From IMG/VR virus record IMGVR_UViG_3300020159_002019, positions 32,001 through 96,000 of that record: 64,000 nucleotides of DNA, one strand, 5' to 3'. The notes beneath the pieces are model-generated. The model did no database searches. It had not been told where the DNA came from and worked only from the letters and a program-made list of their open reading frames with translations. Source of the DNA: a virus. Shown here one piece after another: positions 1 to 10,790 of the stretch; position 1 is the first letter of the stretch, and each line of letters begins with the position of its first letter. Position numbers and translations under genes: made by a program.

Positions 1-3000
1 GATACACCAAATGGTTGGGAAGTCGTAGTAAATGGACAATTTAATAAGGCTTTAGGTGATTATTCATTTGTGGGTAATGGTTTTAGGAATATAGTATCAG
101 GTGCAACATCATTTATTGGTAATGGTTGTAATAACTTAATATCGGCCTCTACATCATCTTTTATTGGTGGTGGTTTAAGTAATACTATAAGAAGTTGTAA
201 TTCAACAATAGGTGGCGGACAAAATAATACAATAAAATTTAATACAGGAACAACGTCAAATACTATCGCTGGTGGTAGTTGTAATACAATTGATGGTTAT
301 TGTAGTTTTATAGGTGGTGGTTATTGGAACACTGTTACTTTAGCGAATTACACAACAATAGGTGGTGGTAGACAAAATTACGCTGTTGGTTCATATACAT
401 CCGTAAGTGGTGGTTATAAAAACTCGGCATCGGCAAATTACTCATTCATTGGTGGTGGTAAAACAAATAGAACATCAGGACAATTTTCTTCTGTTGTTGG
501 TGGGTTATCAAACACATCTTCAGGTTATTGTTCATTTATTGGTGGTGGTGTTGGTAATATATCGTCAGGAAGTATGTCAGGTATAATATCTGGCTCAGGT
601 AATACAGCAACATCACAAAATTCATTTATTGGTAGTGGTTTATGTAATGTAGTAAATGGTATATCATCAAATATTGTTGGTGGTCGTTTAAATAGTGTTA
701 AAATGAATAGTTCATCAGTTGTTGGTGGTTGTGGAAATATTGTAAGTGCAACAACGTCATCAATTTTAGGTGGTGAAGGAAACGTAGTTAATGTACCGAA
801 TTCATTTATAGGTGGCGGTATGATGAACGTAGCCGGTTCTGTCAATGAATACGATATTTTAGGTATAAATAATTTAGACATTACAACATCAGCATCGTCA
901 AGCAATTTTAGTGTTGGTGATGAAATTATTGTATATAATCAAAATGATTTAAAGTCATATAAAACATACATAAGTAATATTAATGTTTTTGGTGGAAATA
1001 CTATAATAACTGTCACATTATCTGTTGGTGGTAATTCTTTCGGTGGTAAGATATATGAATTATTACCATTAAATACCTCAACAAATTACTCAGTATCAAT
1101 AGGAAGTGGTTGGTTTAATAAGGTTAAATCCAAATATTCAACAATATCTAATGGGTATAATAATAATATATCTTCCGAATCTTCATTTATAGGAAGTGGT
1201 AATGGTAATATACTATTTGAGTCAGCACAATTCTCATTTATTGGTGGTGGTAATAATAATAAATCTTGTTGTAGTGCAACTTTTATAGGTGGTGGTTGTG
1301 GGAATATAATAACCGGTAACACATCAGTAATTGTAGGTGGTCGTTCTAACATTATAAAAAACGTGGACTCTTTCATTGGTGGTGGATGTTGTAATTACAC
1401 AACGGCTTGTTTTGGTTTCATTGGTGGTGGATCTAATAATAAATCTGACGCATCTAGTTCTTTTATAGGTGGTGGTAATTTTAATTTAGTTAAAGGATCT
1501 AACGATGTAGTTGTTGGTGGTTGTGGAAATACATCATCAGGTGGGTATTCTATTATTGGTGGTGGTTCATCAAATTGTATTGGTAATCTATTGTCATCAG
1601 TTTTTGGCGGTGCGGCAAATACATCATTAGCGGATTATTCAACCATAGGTGGTGGATGTTGTAATTACACAACGGCTTGTTGTGGTTTTATAGGTGGTGG
1701 TTCATCAAATTGTGCGTCATCAAATAATACAGTTGTCGCCGGTGGTAATGGTAATACATCATCAGGCCCAGCATCGGCAATTTTAGGTGGTAATGTAAAT
1801 AAGTCAACAGGACAATATTCAGCAATTGTAAATGGTTTAACTAATTTATCTTGTTTTAATTTTACATTTGTAGGTAATGGTGTATCAAACTCAGGAACAA
1901 CATTTAACGCAACCGTTGTTAATGGTTGTGAAAATATATCATCAGGTAATTTTTCTTTTATAGGTAATGGTTGTTGTAATATAGCTCGTAGTAATTACGG
2001 TTCGGTTCTTAACGGTTTTCGTAATAATAATGGAGGGTTATATTCATCTATTCTTGGTGGTTGTTCTAATACAATGACTCACAGTAACTCATTTATATTG
2101 GGATCTAACCTAACAAGTGATAAAGATAATACGACTTATGTTGAAAACTTGGACGTTAAAACGAATATTTATGATAGCACAAATAGTGCTGGTAATATAG
2201 GACAAGTATTATCTTCAACATCAACAGGGGTTAAATGGGTTGATATGACAGGTTCAACAAATAGTATTTTTAGTTTCACAGCAACACCTGTAATACAACA
2301 ATATTATACAATCCCATCAAACTTAACGACAAGTGTTGTTGGATCGTCATACAGAATATCTAATGGTAATATAGTTCAAACAACAGCAACTTATTCAACA
2401 ATTAGTGGTGGTAGAGGTAATACCGTTAATAATTCATATTCAACAATTGCTGGTGGGTGGAATAATCAATCCGATTCTTGCGCATCAATTGGTGGTGGGT
2501 TTGGGAACTCTGCTGGAATATGCGCTGTCGTAGGTGGTGGTATAACAAATATATCTAGTGGGGCTGCGAGTGTAATAGGTGGTGGTTTAAGTAATAACGG
2601 AAAATGTTCTTTTTCAACAATCGCTGGTGGTTCTAATAATACATCTTGCGGTGAATCTTCATCAATTGGAGGTGGTTATTTAAATTGTGTTGGTAATAAC
2701 GCAACATTTACTTCAATCGGAGGTGGTTGTAAAAATTCGGCAACAGGTGCAGGGACAACAATTGGTGGTGGGTGTTCAAATCAAACACGTGGTTTTTTAG
2801 ATGTAATTGCCGGTGGTGTTAATAATACAACATCGGGTGGATATACTACAATAAGTGGTGGTAAATCAAATTGTGGTGGGGCTGTATATTCATCAATAGT
2901 AGGTGGATTTAAAAATACAACATTAGGTGATTATGGATTTATCGGTGGTGGTCAATGTAATTATCTTAAAGGAACTACTAATAACACAACATATCCATCA

Positions 3001-4029
3001 GTAATCGGTGGTGGTAATCAAAATACAACTTTAACAGACAATACAGTAATCGGTGGTGGATTCTTTAATATAATAAGTGGATCATCGTCAAACAATTCAT
3101 TTATAGGTGGTGGAACACAAAATAAAATATGTGGTTTAGTTGTCGGATCATTTATAGGGGCTGGACAAAATAATACGATATATAGTAGAGCTTATAGTTC
3201 ATCAATTATTGGTGGAAGTAATAATTATACAATTTATCCGGAAACACATATTTTAGGTTCAAATATTACCGCCACAAGATCGGGTACAACATACGTTGAA
3301 TGTTTAGACATCAAAACACATTTATATGATTACACAAATAGTAAAGGAACTGATGGTCAAGTATTGACTTCTACTGAAAATGGTGTTGTTTGGTCAGATA
3401 CTTCAGGTGGTGGTAGCAGTGCTGTAATTATATTAGGGACAGGAACCGGTTCTTCGGTAAGGAAGGATAATAGTAATTTTACGATGGGTAACTACTCGAC
3501 AGTAAGTGGTGGATATTGTAATTGTGTATCGTCAAATGGAGCTTTTTCAACCATAGGTGGTGGCTGTTGTAATACTGTTCTACAATTGGGTTCAACCGTA
3601 AGTGGTGGATATTGTAATGTAATTAATGGTAGCTGTGGTTTTATAGGTGGTGGTTGTAAAAATAATAATTCAAGTCTATTATCAGCAATAGGTGGTGGTA
3701 TTTGTAACACAATTTTAGCTCATTGTTCATTTGTTGGTGGTGGTTGTAAAAATACAATATTTGCCGGATATGAACAATCACAATACTACTCAACCATAGG
3801 TGGTGGTTATAATAATGTTTTAACCTCTAATTATTCAGGTATTTTAGGTGGATGTGGAAATACGTTAAATTATAATAAATCTTTTATTGTTGGTAGTGAT
3901 ATAACAGCGGATAGAATTTGTGCTACGTTCGTAAATAACTTATCAATTATGAATATCCCAACATCAGCAACAGGATTACCTTCAGGATCTATTTATAAAG
4001 ACGCCAATGGTTTCTTAAAAATTGTTTAA
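1..4029 (+). CDS. Gly/Cys/Asn-rich repeat tail fibre/adhesin-like protein (5' end outside the window)
   Basis: Frame is open from base 1. Dozens of (S/F)IGGGxxN repeats and two copies of a LDxKTxxYDxTNSxGxxGQVLxSTxxGVxW linker. Confidence 0.7.
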   Translation, partial: DTPNGWEVVVNGQFNKALGDYSFVGNGFRNIVSGATSFIGNGCNNLISASTSSFIGGGLSNTIRSCNSTIGGGQNNTIKFNTGTTSNTIAGGSCNTIDGYCSFIGGGYWNTVTLANYTTIGGGRQNYAVGSYTSVSGGYKNSASANYSFIGGGKTNRTSGQFSSVVGGLSNTSSGYCSFIGGGVGNISSGSMSGIISGSGNTATSQNSFIGSGLCNVVNGISSNIVGGRLNSVKMNSSSVVGGCGNIVSATTSSILGGEGNVVNVPNSFIGGGMMNVAGSVNEYDILGINNLDITTSASSSNFSVGDEIIVYNQNDLKSYKTYISNINVFGGNTIITVTLSVGGNSFGGKIYELLPLNTSTNYSVSIGSGWFNKVKSKYSTISNGYNNNISSESSFIGSGNGNILFESAQFSFIGGGNNNKSCCSATFIGGGCGNIITGNTSVIVGGRSNIIKNVDSFIGGGCCNYTTACFGFIGGGSNNKSDASSSFIGGGNFNLVKGSNDVVVGGCGNTSSGGYSIIGGGSSNCIGNLLSSVFGGAANTSLADYSTIGGGCCNYTTACCGFIGGGSSNCASSNNTVVAGGNGNTSSGPASAILGGNVNKSTGQYSAIVNGLTNLSCFNFTFVGNGVSNSGTTFNATVVNGCENISSGNFSFIGNGCCNIARSNYGSVLNGFRNNNGGLYSSILGGCSNTMTHSNSFILGSNLTSDKDNTTYVENLDVKTNIYDSTNSAGNIGQVLSSTSTGVKWVDMTGSTNSIFSFTATPVIQQYYTIPSNLTTSVVGSSYRISNGNIVQTTATYSTISGGRGNTVNNSYSTIAGGWNNQSDSCASIGGGFGNSAGICAVVGGGITNISSGAASVIGGGLSNNGKCSFSTIAGGSNNTSCGESSSIGGGYLNCVGNNATFTSIGGGCKNSATGAGTTIGGGCSNQTRGFLDVIAGGVNNTTSGGYTTISGGKSNCGGAVYSSIVGGFKNTTLGDYGFIGGGQCNYLKGTTNNTTYPSVIGGGNQNTTLTDNTVIGGGFFNIISGSSSNNSFIGGGTQNKICGLVVGSFIGAGQNNTIYSRAYSSSIIGGSNNYTIYPETHILGSNITATRSGTTYVECLDIKTHLYDYTNSKGTDGQVLTSTENGVVWSDTSGGGSSAVIILGTGTGSSVRKDNSNFTMGNYSTVSGGYCNCVSSNGAFSTIGGGCCNTVLQLGSTVSGGYCNVINGSCGFIGGGCKNNNSSLLSAIGGGICNTILAHCSFVGGGCKNTIFAGYEQSQYYSTIGGGYNNVLTSNYSGILGGCGNTLNYNKSFIVGSDITADRICATFVNNLSIMNIPTSATGLPSGSIYKDANGFLKIV

Positions 4030-4043
4030 TAATATTTATATAT

Positions 4044-4412
4044 ATGGATTTCTTTATAACAAAAAATAGCACATTACCAATTCTTACATTAGCTTTAATT
4101 AAAGATGGTAGATTCGATTATCATAAATTAAATGATAAGTTAGAATATGCGTCAATTACATTTTCAATGCGTGATGTAAATACCAATAAATTAGTTGTTG
4201 CTAATAAAGAAGCTAATATTATTTTAGCCAATATGAACCAAACAACGGAATATTATATAATTTATAAATGGAGTGCTAATGATACCAAAAAAGAAGGTAG
4301 GTATGAAGCACAATTCGATATAACTTTTTCAGATGATGGAAGTAAATTGATTGTTCCAATTAGAGAAAAATTATATGTGAATGTTTTGGATAGTTTTGTA
4401 AAATCAAATTAG
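4044..4412 (+). CDS. BppU-like baseplate/fibre attachment protein
   Basis: YKWSANDTKKEGRYEAQFDITF resembles the BppU N-terminal domain; follows the fibre gene. Confidence 0.55.
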   Translation: MDFFITKNSTLPILTLALIKDGRFDYHKLNDKLEYASITFSMRDVNTNKLVVANKEANIILANMNQTTEYYIIYKWSANDTKKEGRYEAQFDITFSDDGSKLIVPIREKLYVNVLDSFVKSN

Positions 4413-4413
4413 T

Positions 4414-5001
4414 ATGAATTATGACATACCCTCTTTTAAAGCTTTAGTTAGACGTTCTTGGCTAACTAAAAATAATAATGATGTTAATAAGTTTGATAAC
4501 TGCTATGTATTTGGACTACAATCGTATTCAGATAAAATAATAACTTTTCATATTATGACTGACTATGGCGCTGCAAGATCCAGAGTTCCATTATCTGAAA
4601 TATTTCATAAAGAACCTATAAATGATATTCCTTATCACCACAAACAACTATGGAATTGTTTTTCAGAAAACGCGAGTGTAAATTCATACAATTACCTAAA
4701 AGATAGAAGATGTAAAGTTTTTCTAAAATCAAAAAAAGAAGTTTGGGGGAGATATCAATTTACCTTAGATTGGTTTAATAATCCCTATTCTGATGAGCCA
4801 ACAGATTATAAATGCGCTCACGTTATATTTGCCGATGATGGTTATTTATTAGCAATGCCAAATAATAGAATTACTGAATGGCATGACACTAATTTTTGTG
4901 TATCAACAGGGGAAACCCACACTTGGAAAGTAGATACTTGGATACCAAATGTGGAACATAATCCTAAGTGGGTTGGTGATGATGATAGCTACTTTTATTA
5001 A
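4414..5001 (+). CDS. hypothetical phage protein
   Basis: 195-aa ORF abutting the previous gene. Confidence 0.6.
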   Translation: MNYDIPSFKALVRRSWLTKNNNDVNKFDNCYVFGLQSYSDKIITFHIMTDYGAARSRVPLSEIFHKEPINDIPYHHKQLWNCFSENASVNSYNYLKDRRCKVFLKSKKEVWGRYQFTLDWFNNPYSDEPTDYKCAHVIFADDGYLLAMPNNRITEWHDTNFCVSTGETHTWKVDTWIPNVEHNPKWVGDDDSYFY

Positions 5002-5711
5002 AAAGAAGATTTCTTATATACGAAATATACTTTTTTAAAGTGTTTAAGTGATTTTCTAATATCTTTTGGTTGTAATCCTGTTATTTCTCTAAGGTATAAT
5101 AAAATTAGATTTTTATTATATTTAACACTTCCTTTGTGATTTCCTTTGTCATCAAATATTGTGTCCCATCTATCTAATAACTCAACAATTGTTTTACCAA
5201 TAATAACATCATTTTGTTTCATATTGGTAGTATCCATTTGTTTTTTAATCGCCTCACCTAAATTATTAAAAAATTGTTTATCGTGAATGTTTTTTTCTTC
5301 GTCAATATGATATGAAAATCTTTCATCATCATTTAACTCTTGGGATATATCTTCATATGAAACAGCCCTTAACTTTTCTTCATATTTATCTTTTAATTTA
5401 GATATTAGATATCTTTTTGCTATTGTTCCGAAATATGAATAAGCTTTAACAGGTTTTCCTGATTTACCAATTTTACCAGGAGTAAAGTTTTCAATTTTTG
5501 TCATAATAAATGATAAAGAGTCGTTAAATTGTTCTTCAAAATCTTCATCTTTATCGTATAATTGATATGTCCTAATTATGCTTTCCACAAGTTTAGTGAA
5601 AGCATTTCTTAAATGCGAATTAAATATGAGAGTTCTGTCATATTGCGTTTTAGCACTTAAAAATAATAACATTCCGTATTCTTCATTTTCACCAAAATAT
5701 GTGGTATTCAA
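4998..5711 (-). CDS. phage RNA polymerase sigma factor (gp55/sigma70 region-2-like)
   Basis: KAYSYFGTIAKRYL region-2-like motif and a C-terminal helical segment. Confidence 0.65.
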   Translation of the reverse strand: MNTTYFGENEEYGMLLFLSAKTQYDRTLIFNSHLRNAFTKLVESIIRTYQLYDKDEDFEEQFNDSLSFIMTKIENFTPGKIGKSGKPVKAYSYFGTIAKRYLISKLKDKYEEKLRAVSYEDISQELNDDERFSYHIDEEKNIHDKQFFNNLGEAIKKQMDTTNMKQNDVIIGKTIVELLDRWDTIFDDKGNHKGSVKYNKNLILLYLREITGLQPKDIRKSLKHFKKVYFVYKKSSF

Positions 5712-5731
5712 AACTTATTTTTATGCATTTT

Positions 5732-6070
5732 TTAGTTTATTATAGAAAAATCTACACTTATTGTAAATTCTTTTATGTTATTTTGTTGTTCAGTATAACT
5801 ACTAACAAAACACCCATAAAATTCTTTATTATCGATATAAATATTATATTTACAGGTAAAATTAATTTCAGATAATAATAAAATTAGATTACTATCATTT
5901 GTTTTAATCGTTAATTGGTTTGTAGAAATAAATAAATGATTTAATGATCTATTGTATGTAATATTATAATCAAAACTCAATATTGGGTAGTGTTTTAATT
6001 CACCCCCAATATCAAGCCTAATAACATTATTATTTTTTTTATTTCTTACGTATTCTTTAATTTCCCTCAT
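5732..6070 (-). CDS. hypothetical protein
   Basis: ORF within the minus-strand operon. Confidence 0.5.
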   Translation of the reverse strand: MREIKEYVRNKKNNNVIRLDIGGELKHYPILSFDYNITYNRSLNHLFISTNQLTIKTNDSNLILLLSEINFTCKYNIYIDNKEFYGCFVSSYTEQQNNIKEFTISVDFSIIN

Positions 6071-6884
6071 ACTTAATTTCTCTATCGAAATTGAAGAAAT
6101 ATTCTTTCATTGCTGTTTGCATCCAAAACTTACCTTCATCTTGTGATAACTTATATCTGTCATCATTTCTATATCTCCAGAATAAAGAATAAGGTCTCAT
6201 ATTCATATGTTTATACCCTGATTTTGGAATTGTCATTACCTTATATCCATTATATGTCATTCTCAATAAGAACTCATATACGAAAGATAATTTAAGGTTA
6301 TTTTTGATACCACCAATATCTTCAAATGTTGCTTTCTTAATCACAGCACCGCTGATTTGGAAATTAGGGAATGTTTTTAACGCTTCTAAATCTAAGAAAC
6401 CTAAATTAGAAAAACTTTCTTCAGGTGTCATACCTTGAACAAATCCTAATGACCAAGTTACCTCATTTGTTGTCCCAACGAATTCATTTTTTTCATTCAC
6501 ATCAATAACGTGTGATAAAAATACATCAACATCTGGATATGCTTTAATATATTTAACAGCATTTTTAAACCAAATAGAAGAATATTCATCATCAAATTCT
6601 AAGATTGAGAAGTAATCTGTTTTAACTTCTTCAACCGCTGAATTTACCATATGAGCAAACTCTTTTGTTTTTTTGGTTTCAACGATTCTGATTTTCTTTT
6701 TCATATCACCGAAATCATATCCTGATAAAAACTCTGTTACTTCAGGACAAGCACATCTAACAATTAAAATTTCGTCAGGTTGAACTGTGTTTTTCGTAAC
6801 ACTTTCTAATGCTTTTGGTAGGTATTGATCTAAATCAATAACTGTATGAATTGGTATAATTACACTTATATTACTCTTTTCCAT
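6057..6884 (-). CDS. glycosyltransferase family 2
   Basis: ISVIIPIH N-terminus, LEFDDEY DxD-type motif, GT-A pattern. Confidence 0.85.
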   Translation of the reverse strand: MEKSNISVIIPIHTVIDLDQYLPKALESVTKNTVQPDEILIVRCACPEVTEFLSGYDFGDMKKKIRIVETKKTKEFAHMVNSAVEEVKTDYFSILEFDDEYSSIWFKNAVKYIKAYPDVDVFLSHVIDVNEKNEFVGTTNEVTWSLGFVQGMTPEESFSNLGFLDLEALKTFPNFQISGAVIKKATFEDIGGIKNNLKLSFVYEFLLRMTYNGYKVMTIPKSGYKHMNMRPYSLFWRYRNDDRYKLSQDEGKFWMQTAMKEYFFNFDREIKYEGN

Positions 6885-6885
6885 A

Positions 6886-7959
6886 TTATAATACTATTGG
6901 TTGTTCTAAATTATTTGGTTCTGATAATCTACTAATATTTGTTTTTAACTCTTCTTTTCTTTCGTTAAATATTTTTGTATAGACATCTTTAATTTGTTTT
7001 GATTGTTCTTCTTCAGTATATTTGTTTTCTATAGCTTTAATCTCATTTAACAAATCAGTATCTTCAACATCTTCAAAGAAGTTTTTACAGAAAATAGCAA
7101 TTGCTTCAGGGATTTGTAATTCATCAAATAACCAAATACCATTCTTTTCACTAATCCACTCAGGTTGAATCATTGGAACTTTACCGATTACAGGAGTTCC
7201 ACATTTCATACTCTCAACAGGGAATGTTCCAAATGAAGATGTTTCATCTACCCATACAGATAAGAAATAATCATTCAATACTTCTGACAATTCTTCTCTT
7301 GGGATTTGCTTAATATCTCTAAATGTAATGAAAGAATATAAAGGATATTTCAAATAGAATGTTTTAACAATTTTTGATGTGGTTCTATCATCTCTACACA
7401 TAATAGCAATGATAGGTTTTTTAAGGCTATTCTTATTAGAAAAATAAGAAGGTATTTGAGGACTTATAATATGTCCTGTTGTTGCGGGAAATAATTTATT
7501 TATTTCTTGTTTAATTGTTTCAGATGTCGTAATAAATGTATTCACACCCAATGAAGTCCAATTAGTTCCCGGTGGTAACATATCTAAAATATAATCATAA
7601 GATTGAGCAAAAATAACTCTCTTACAAGGTAATTTTTGTGTTTGTTGAATAACATTACCGAATAATTCAGGAATAATTAAAAAATCTTGAGGACCTACTT
7701 TAAATGTACCTCCGATTTCTTGAATTGATGAGTGTGGTAAATTATCATACTCTTCACCTAACCAATTACCTACTTTTGTGTATTCATTATTTTCGTGTAA
7801 GATTGAAGCATTGTAACCCAATTTAATCAATTCTTTAACGTGATAATAAATTTCAGCAACTGATGCTCTTGGTGTTCCTTTTAAATCTGGAGTAAGGAAC
7901 ATAACTTGGAAGTCCTTATTTTCAATTTTGCTTAGACTTTCTTTTAACTTTTCTATCAT
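6886..7959 (-). CDS. glycosyltransferase (GT-B/GT4-like)
   Basis: SSFGTFPVESMKCGTPVIG resembles the GT4 signature. Confidence 0.75.
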   Translation of the reverse strand: MIEKLKESLSKIENKDFQVMFLTPDLKGTPRASVAEIYYHVKELIKLGYNASILHENNEYTKVGNWLGEEYDNLPHSSIQEIGGTFKVGPQDFLIIPELFGNVIQQTQKLPCKRVIFAQSYDYILDMLPPGTNWTSLGVNTFITTSETIKQEINKLFPATTGHIISPQIPSYFSNKNSLKKPIIAIMCRDDRTTSKIVKTFYLKYPLYSFITFRDIKQIPREELSEVLNDYFLSVWVDETSSFGTFPVESMKCGTPVIGKVPMIQPEWISEKNGIWLFDELQIPEAIAIFCKNFFEDVEDTDLLNEIKAIENKYTEEEQSKQIKDVYTKIFNERKEELKTNISRLSEPNNLEQPIVL

Positions 7960-8243
7960 TTTGTTTTTGGTTTAAAAAATGTTTTATTTTCTTTTATTTC
8001 TTTTAATACATTATAATATAATAGTGTATTCCATAATATTTTACCACTATCACTTAATGGTTCGCTTTGTTCTGTGGCTTCATTTACATCGAGGTCGTTT
8101 AAGCTAATAAATTGATCAATCCACATTCTTAAAACGTCAAACTTACCAATATTTATTTCACCTTCACCTTGCTCAACGCAACTGATAACCGTATCTAAAT
8201 CTAAGAAATATTCTTTATTTAGAACTTTAAAGTATTCTTTCAT
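7956..8243 (-). CDS. hypothetical protein
   Basis: Overlapping ORF in the operon. Confidence 0.55.
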   Translation of the reverse strand: MKEYFKVLNKEYFLDLDTVISCVEQGEGEINIGKFDVLRMWIDQFISLNDLDVNEATEQSEPLSDSGKILWNTLLYYNVLKEIKENKTFFKPKTK

Positions 8244-8754
8244 TTTCTATATCTAATAAATTATTTATGGAGTAGTCGCTTTGATGGTTTAAGTTGTAAA
8301 ACTTATTTAGTTTAACCACTTTTTTATCTTCAGGTTTATTATCCAATAAAAAAGGACTATCCGTTACAATCATATCAACTTCTTTCCATAAGTCAATAGA
8401 GTTTTTTCTAAAAACATACCCCTCAATATCACAATTCATTTTACATAAGAAATGTAATGTGCTGGGAACCATAATTTCAAATCCATTACATATAATATAA
8501 AATTGATGATTAGAATAATTTTTTTGTAGTTGATTACAATAACTAATAACACCCCTTTCAGATTCTTTAGCGAAACCAAATATTTCTAATACGTTTTCAC
8601 CTATGAAATCAAATATTTCATCACCAAAACTTTCTTCTAAAAAATATGGGTTTATCTCATCATTTAATGGACTTTTCTCATGTTCTTTAAAATACATATC
8701 AATTAATCTGGGGATATAATTTCTTAAAATATTTACATCTATACCTATTTTCAT
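8227..8754 (-). CDS. HAD-fold 5'(3')-deoxyribonucleotidase-like protein (possibly degenerate)
   Basis: MKIGIDVN start and VDMIVTDSP..KFYN end fit the NT5C-like pattern. Confidence 0.5.
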   Translation of the reverse strand: MKIGIDVNILRNYIPRLIDMYFKEHEKSPLNDEINPYFLEESFGDEIFDFIGENVLEIFGFAKESERGVISYCNQLQKNYSNHQFYIICNGFEIMVPSTLHFLCKMNCDIEGYVFRKNSIDLWKEVDMIVTDSPFLLDNKPEDKKVVKLNKFYNLNHQSDYSINNLLDIENERIL

Positions 8755-8771
8755 AACTAATATATTAGTAA

Positions 8772-9104
8772 TTATTTAGTTAAAGTGAAGTGATAAATAT
8801 TTTTACCTACAACTAAATCAGTCATAAGACCTTTATTTATTTCACTAAATTCAATTGTTTTTTTGTGTTTCTTGAATAGAATGATTCCGTATTCTATTTT
8901 TTTACCATTTAATAGGAAGTTATTTTCGTCATAAAAATTTGACATCCTATTTAGTTGTTCTATTAATTCGTGTTGTTTGGTTTCAACTCTAACACCATTT
9001 TTAACAACCCTTAAAGAGTGTATAGGTATTATCACAATTTCTGTTTTGGATAGTTTAAATTCAACATAACCAATTTCTTTTTTAATATCCTTGATGGATT
9101 TCAT
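8772..9104 (-). CDS. hypothetical protein
   Basis: 110-aa ORF. Confidence 0.5.
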   Translation of the reverse strand: MKSIKDIKKEIGYVEFKLSKTEIVIIPIHSLRVVKNGVRVETKQHELIEQLNRMSNFYDENNFLLNGKKIEYGIILFKKHKKTIEFSEINKGLMTDLVVGKNIYHFTLTK

Positions 9105-9171
9105 TAATTTTCATATAATCAAATATTTATTAGTATCAGGAATAATAATAAAATAAAAAAACACAGTAAAT

Positions 9172-9468
9172 ATGAAAGATAAATTAACTAAATTATATTC
9201 TTTTTTTAAGGATAATGATTTAACACATATGATGAAAAATACAACAATTGGTTATTCGCTTAAAAAAGTGATTGCTTTAATAATAACAATTGTATTCTGT
9301 TATTTACAAATATCTAATTGGAGTGAGGCTAATGGTGTATCATTTTTAACTATTGATGCGGGTTTAATTACATCAATTTTAATAACACACGCAGTTCAGA
9401 ATGGTAAAAATAATTCAGATGATGAAACACCAAATGAACCACCAACACAACAAATACTAAGAGGATAG
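9172..9468 (+). CDS. small two-TM membrane protein (holin-like)
   Basis: Two hydrophobic segments; own TATTTAT motif upstream and terminator downstream. Confidence 0.45.
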   Translation: MKDKLTKLYSFFKDNDLTHMMKNTTIGYSLKKVIALIITIVFCYLQISNWSEANGVSFLTIDAGLITSILITHAVQNGKNNSDDETPNEPPTQQILRG

Positions 9469-9472
9469 TAAT

Positions 9473-9507
9473 AAAAAACCCCGACTAATAATCGGGGTTT
9501 ATTTTTT
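9473..9507. terminator. bidirectional intrinsic terminator
   Basis: AAACCCCGA/TCGGGGTTT stem with A/T tracts between convergent genes. Confidence 0.75.
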
Positions 9508-10615
9508 ATTCAGAATCAATACTATTTACAACTTCTGATGTGATTTCAATTTCACCATCATCACTACCTAATTTACTCAATAGATAATCTTTATTCTTAC
9601 TTTTATAGTCATCTAAATCAGCGTAAGTGATAAATCCGTGAGGTGTTGAAATAATCTTACCTAATAATTGGATACCATTAATTTGATTTTTTACAACTTC
9701 AATTTTAGTTCCAATAGCGAATGAATATTCTCTTTTATTACTTGTAGCTTTTAATCTTTCAGTTCCGTGAGCTTGAATACCCCCAAAGTGTAAAATCAAT
9801 CTTGCTCCGTAGAAGAAAGCTTCACCACCTTTATGTTTTACAACACCAGCACCCATACTATCAATCCAAATCTTTTGAACCGCAATCATAGTATTTGTGA
9901 AAGGTTTTCCTTCTTTTCTTGATGCGGGTATTCTATGATTTACAAGTGACTTAAATGCCGCTTCCAACGCTCCTGCGTTCCACATATTATTTCTATTTTT
10001 AGAAGTAACACATTGTTCGCAATCTAAAGTTCCAATTGAATCCCAAGCGAATAATATTTCATATGGTAATTCACCATCAATTTGTTTATCTAATAAATCG
10101 TGACAGAAATCAGCAACATCTTCAATTACAGCTTCTTGTCTATTTTTATCTCTTTTCTTACCGTAGTTATCAATTAGATATTCGTTATTTATAAAGATAA
10201 AAAATCCATCATAATTTACAACTTCACCAGTTTCTTTATCAACAACTTCGTCAAATTGTAATCCCATATCTTTAGCATGTTCCCAACTAAAATTGTTTTC
10301 AGTATCAATAATAACTGGAAGAATACCTAATTTTTGTGATGAAACAATAGCTTCCATTAAAGATGTAGATTTACCTGTATTAGAAAATCCTCTTGATAAT
10401 GTAATGTATCCTTTTGGAATACCAGCTAAACCTGTTGCTTCTGTAAATGCTTTAGAAATAGGAATCCAATCTAATTCTTTATCCTTAACATCTTCATTGA
10501 AGCCATTTTTATTCTTAAAATCTTTTAACTTAGATAAGTCAATTGATTTCTTATCAACTATTTTAGGTTTTACAGTTGATTTCCCTTCTTCTTTTTTTGT
10601 TGTTTTACCCGCCAT
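9506..10615 (-). CDS. uvsX: RecA/UvsX-like recombinase
   Basis: Walker A GFSNTGKS, IDTE, Walker B FAWDSIG, KGGEA, KNQ motifs. Confidence 0.9.
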   Translation of the reverse strand: MAGKTTKKEEGKSTVKPKIVDKKSIDLSKLKDFKNKNGFNEDVKDKELDWIPISKAFTEATGLAGIPKGYITLSRGFSNTGKSTSLMEAIVSSQKLGILPVIIDTENNFSWEHAKDMGLQFDEVVDKETGEVVNYDGFFIFINNEYLIDNYGKKRDKNRQEAVIEDVADFCHDLLDKQIDGELPYEILFAWDSIGTLDCEQCVTSKNRNNMWNAGALEAAFKSLVNHRIPASRKEGKPFTNTMIAVQKIWIDSMGAGVVKHKGGEAFFYGARLILHFGGIQAHGTERLKATSNKREYSFAIGTKIEVVKNQINGIQLLGKIISTPHGFITYADLDDYKSKNKDYLLSKLGSDDGEIEITSEVVNSIDSE

Positions 10616-10790
10616 TTTCTAATTCATCTATTTTTTCTTCTAATTTATTTACCTTAGATTCTAATTCTAAAGTATAATCTTCCATTTCCCATAACTCAGA
10701 TTCCATTCTTGATAAGAAATCCATACAATTTTCTTTATTAAAAGTTTCGTTAGATAATTCTTCTCTTAATAATTCAATCAATTCGTTCAT
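10605..10790 (-). CDS. small coiled-coil protein
   Basis: Acidic heptad pattern, coupled to neighbouring genes. Confidence 0.55.
   Translation of the reverse strand: MNELIELLREELSNETFNKENCMDFLSRMESELWEMEDYTLELESKVNKLEEKIDELENGG

Noticed and set aside
525-3710. Antisense Pro-rich ORFs inside the fibre gene, and similar shadow ORFs in other long genes
   Set aside because: By-products of GGT-rich codon bias on the coding strand.
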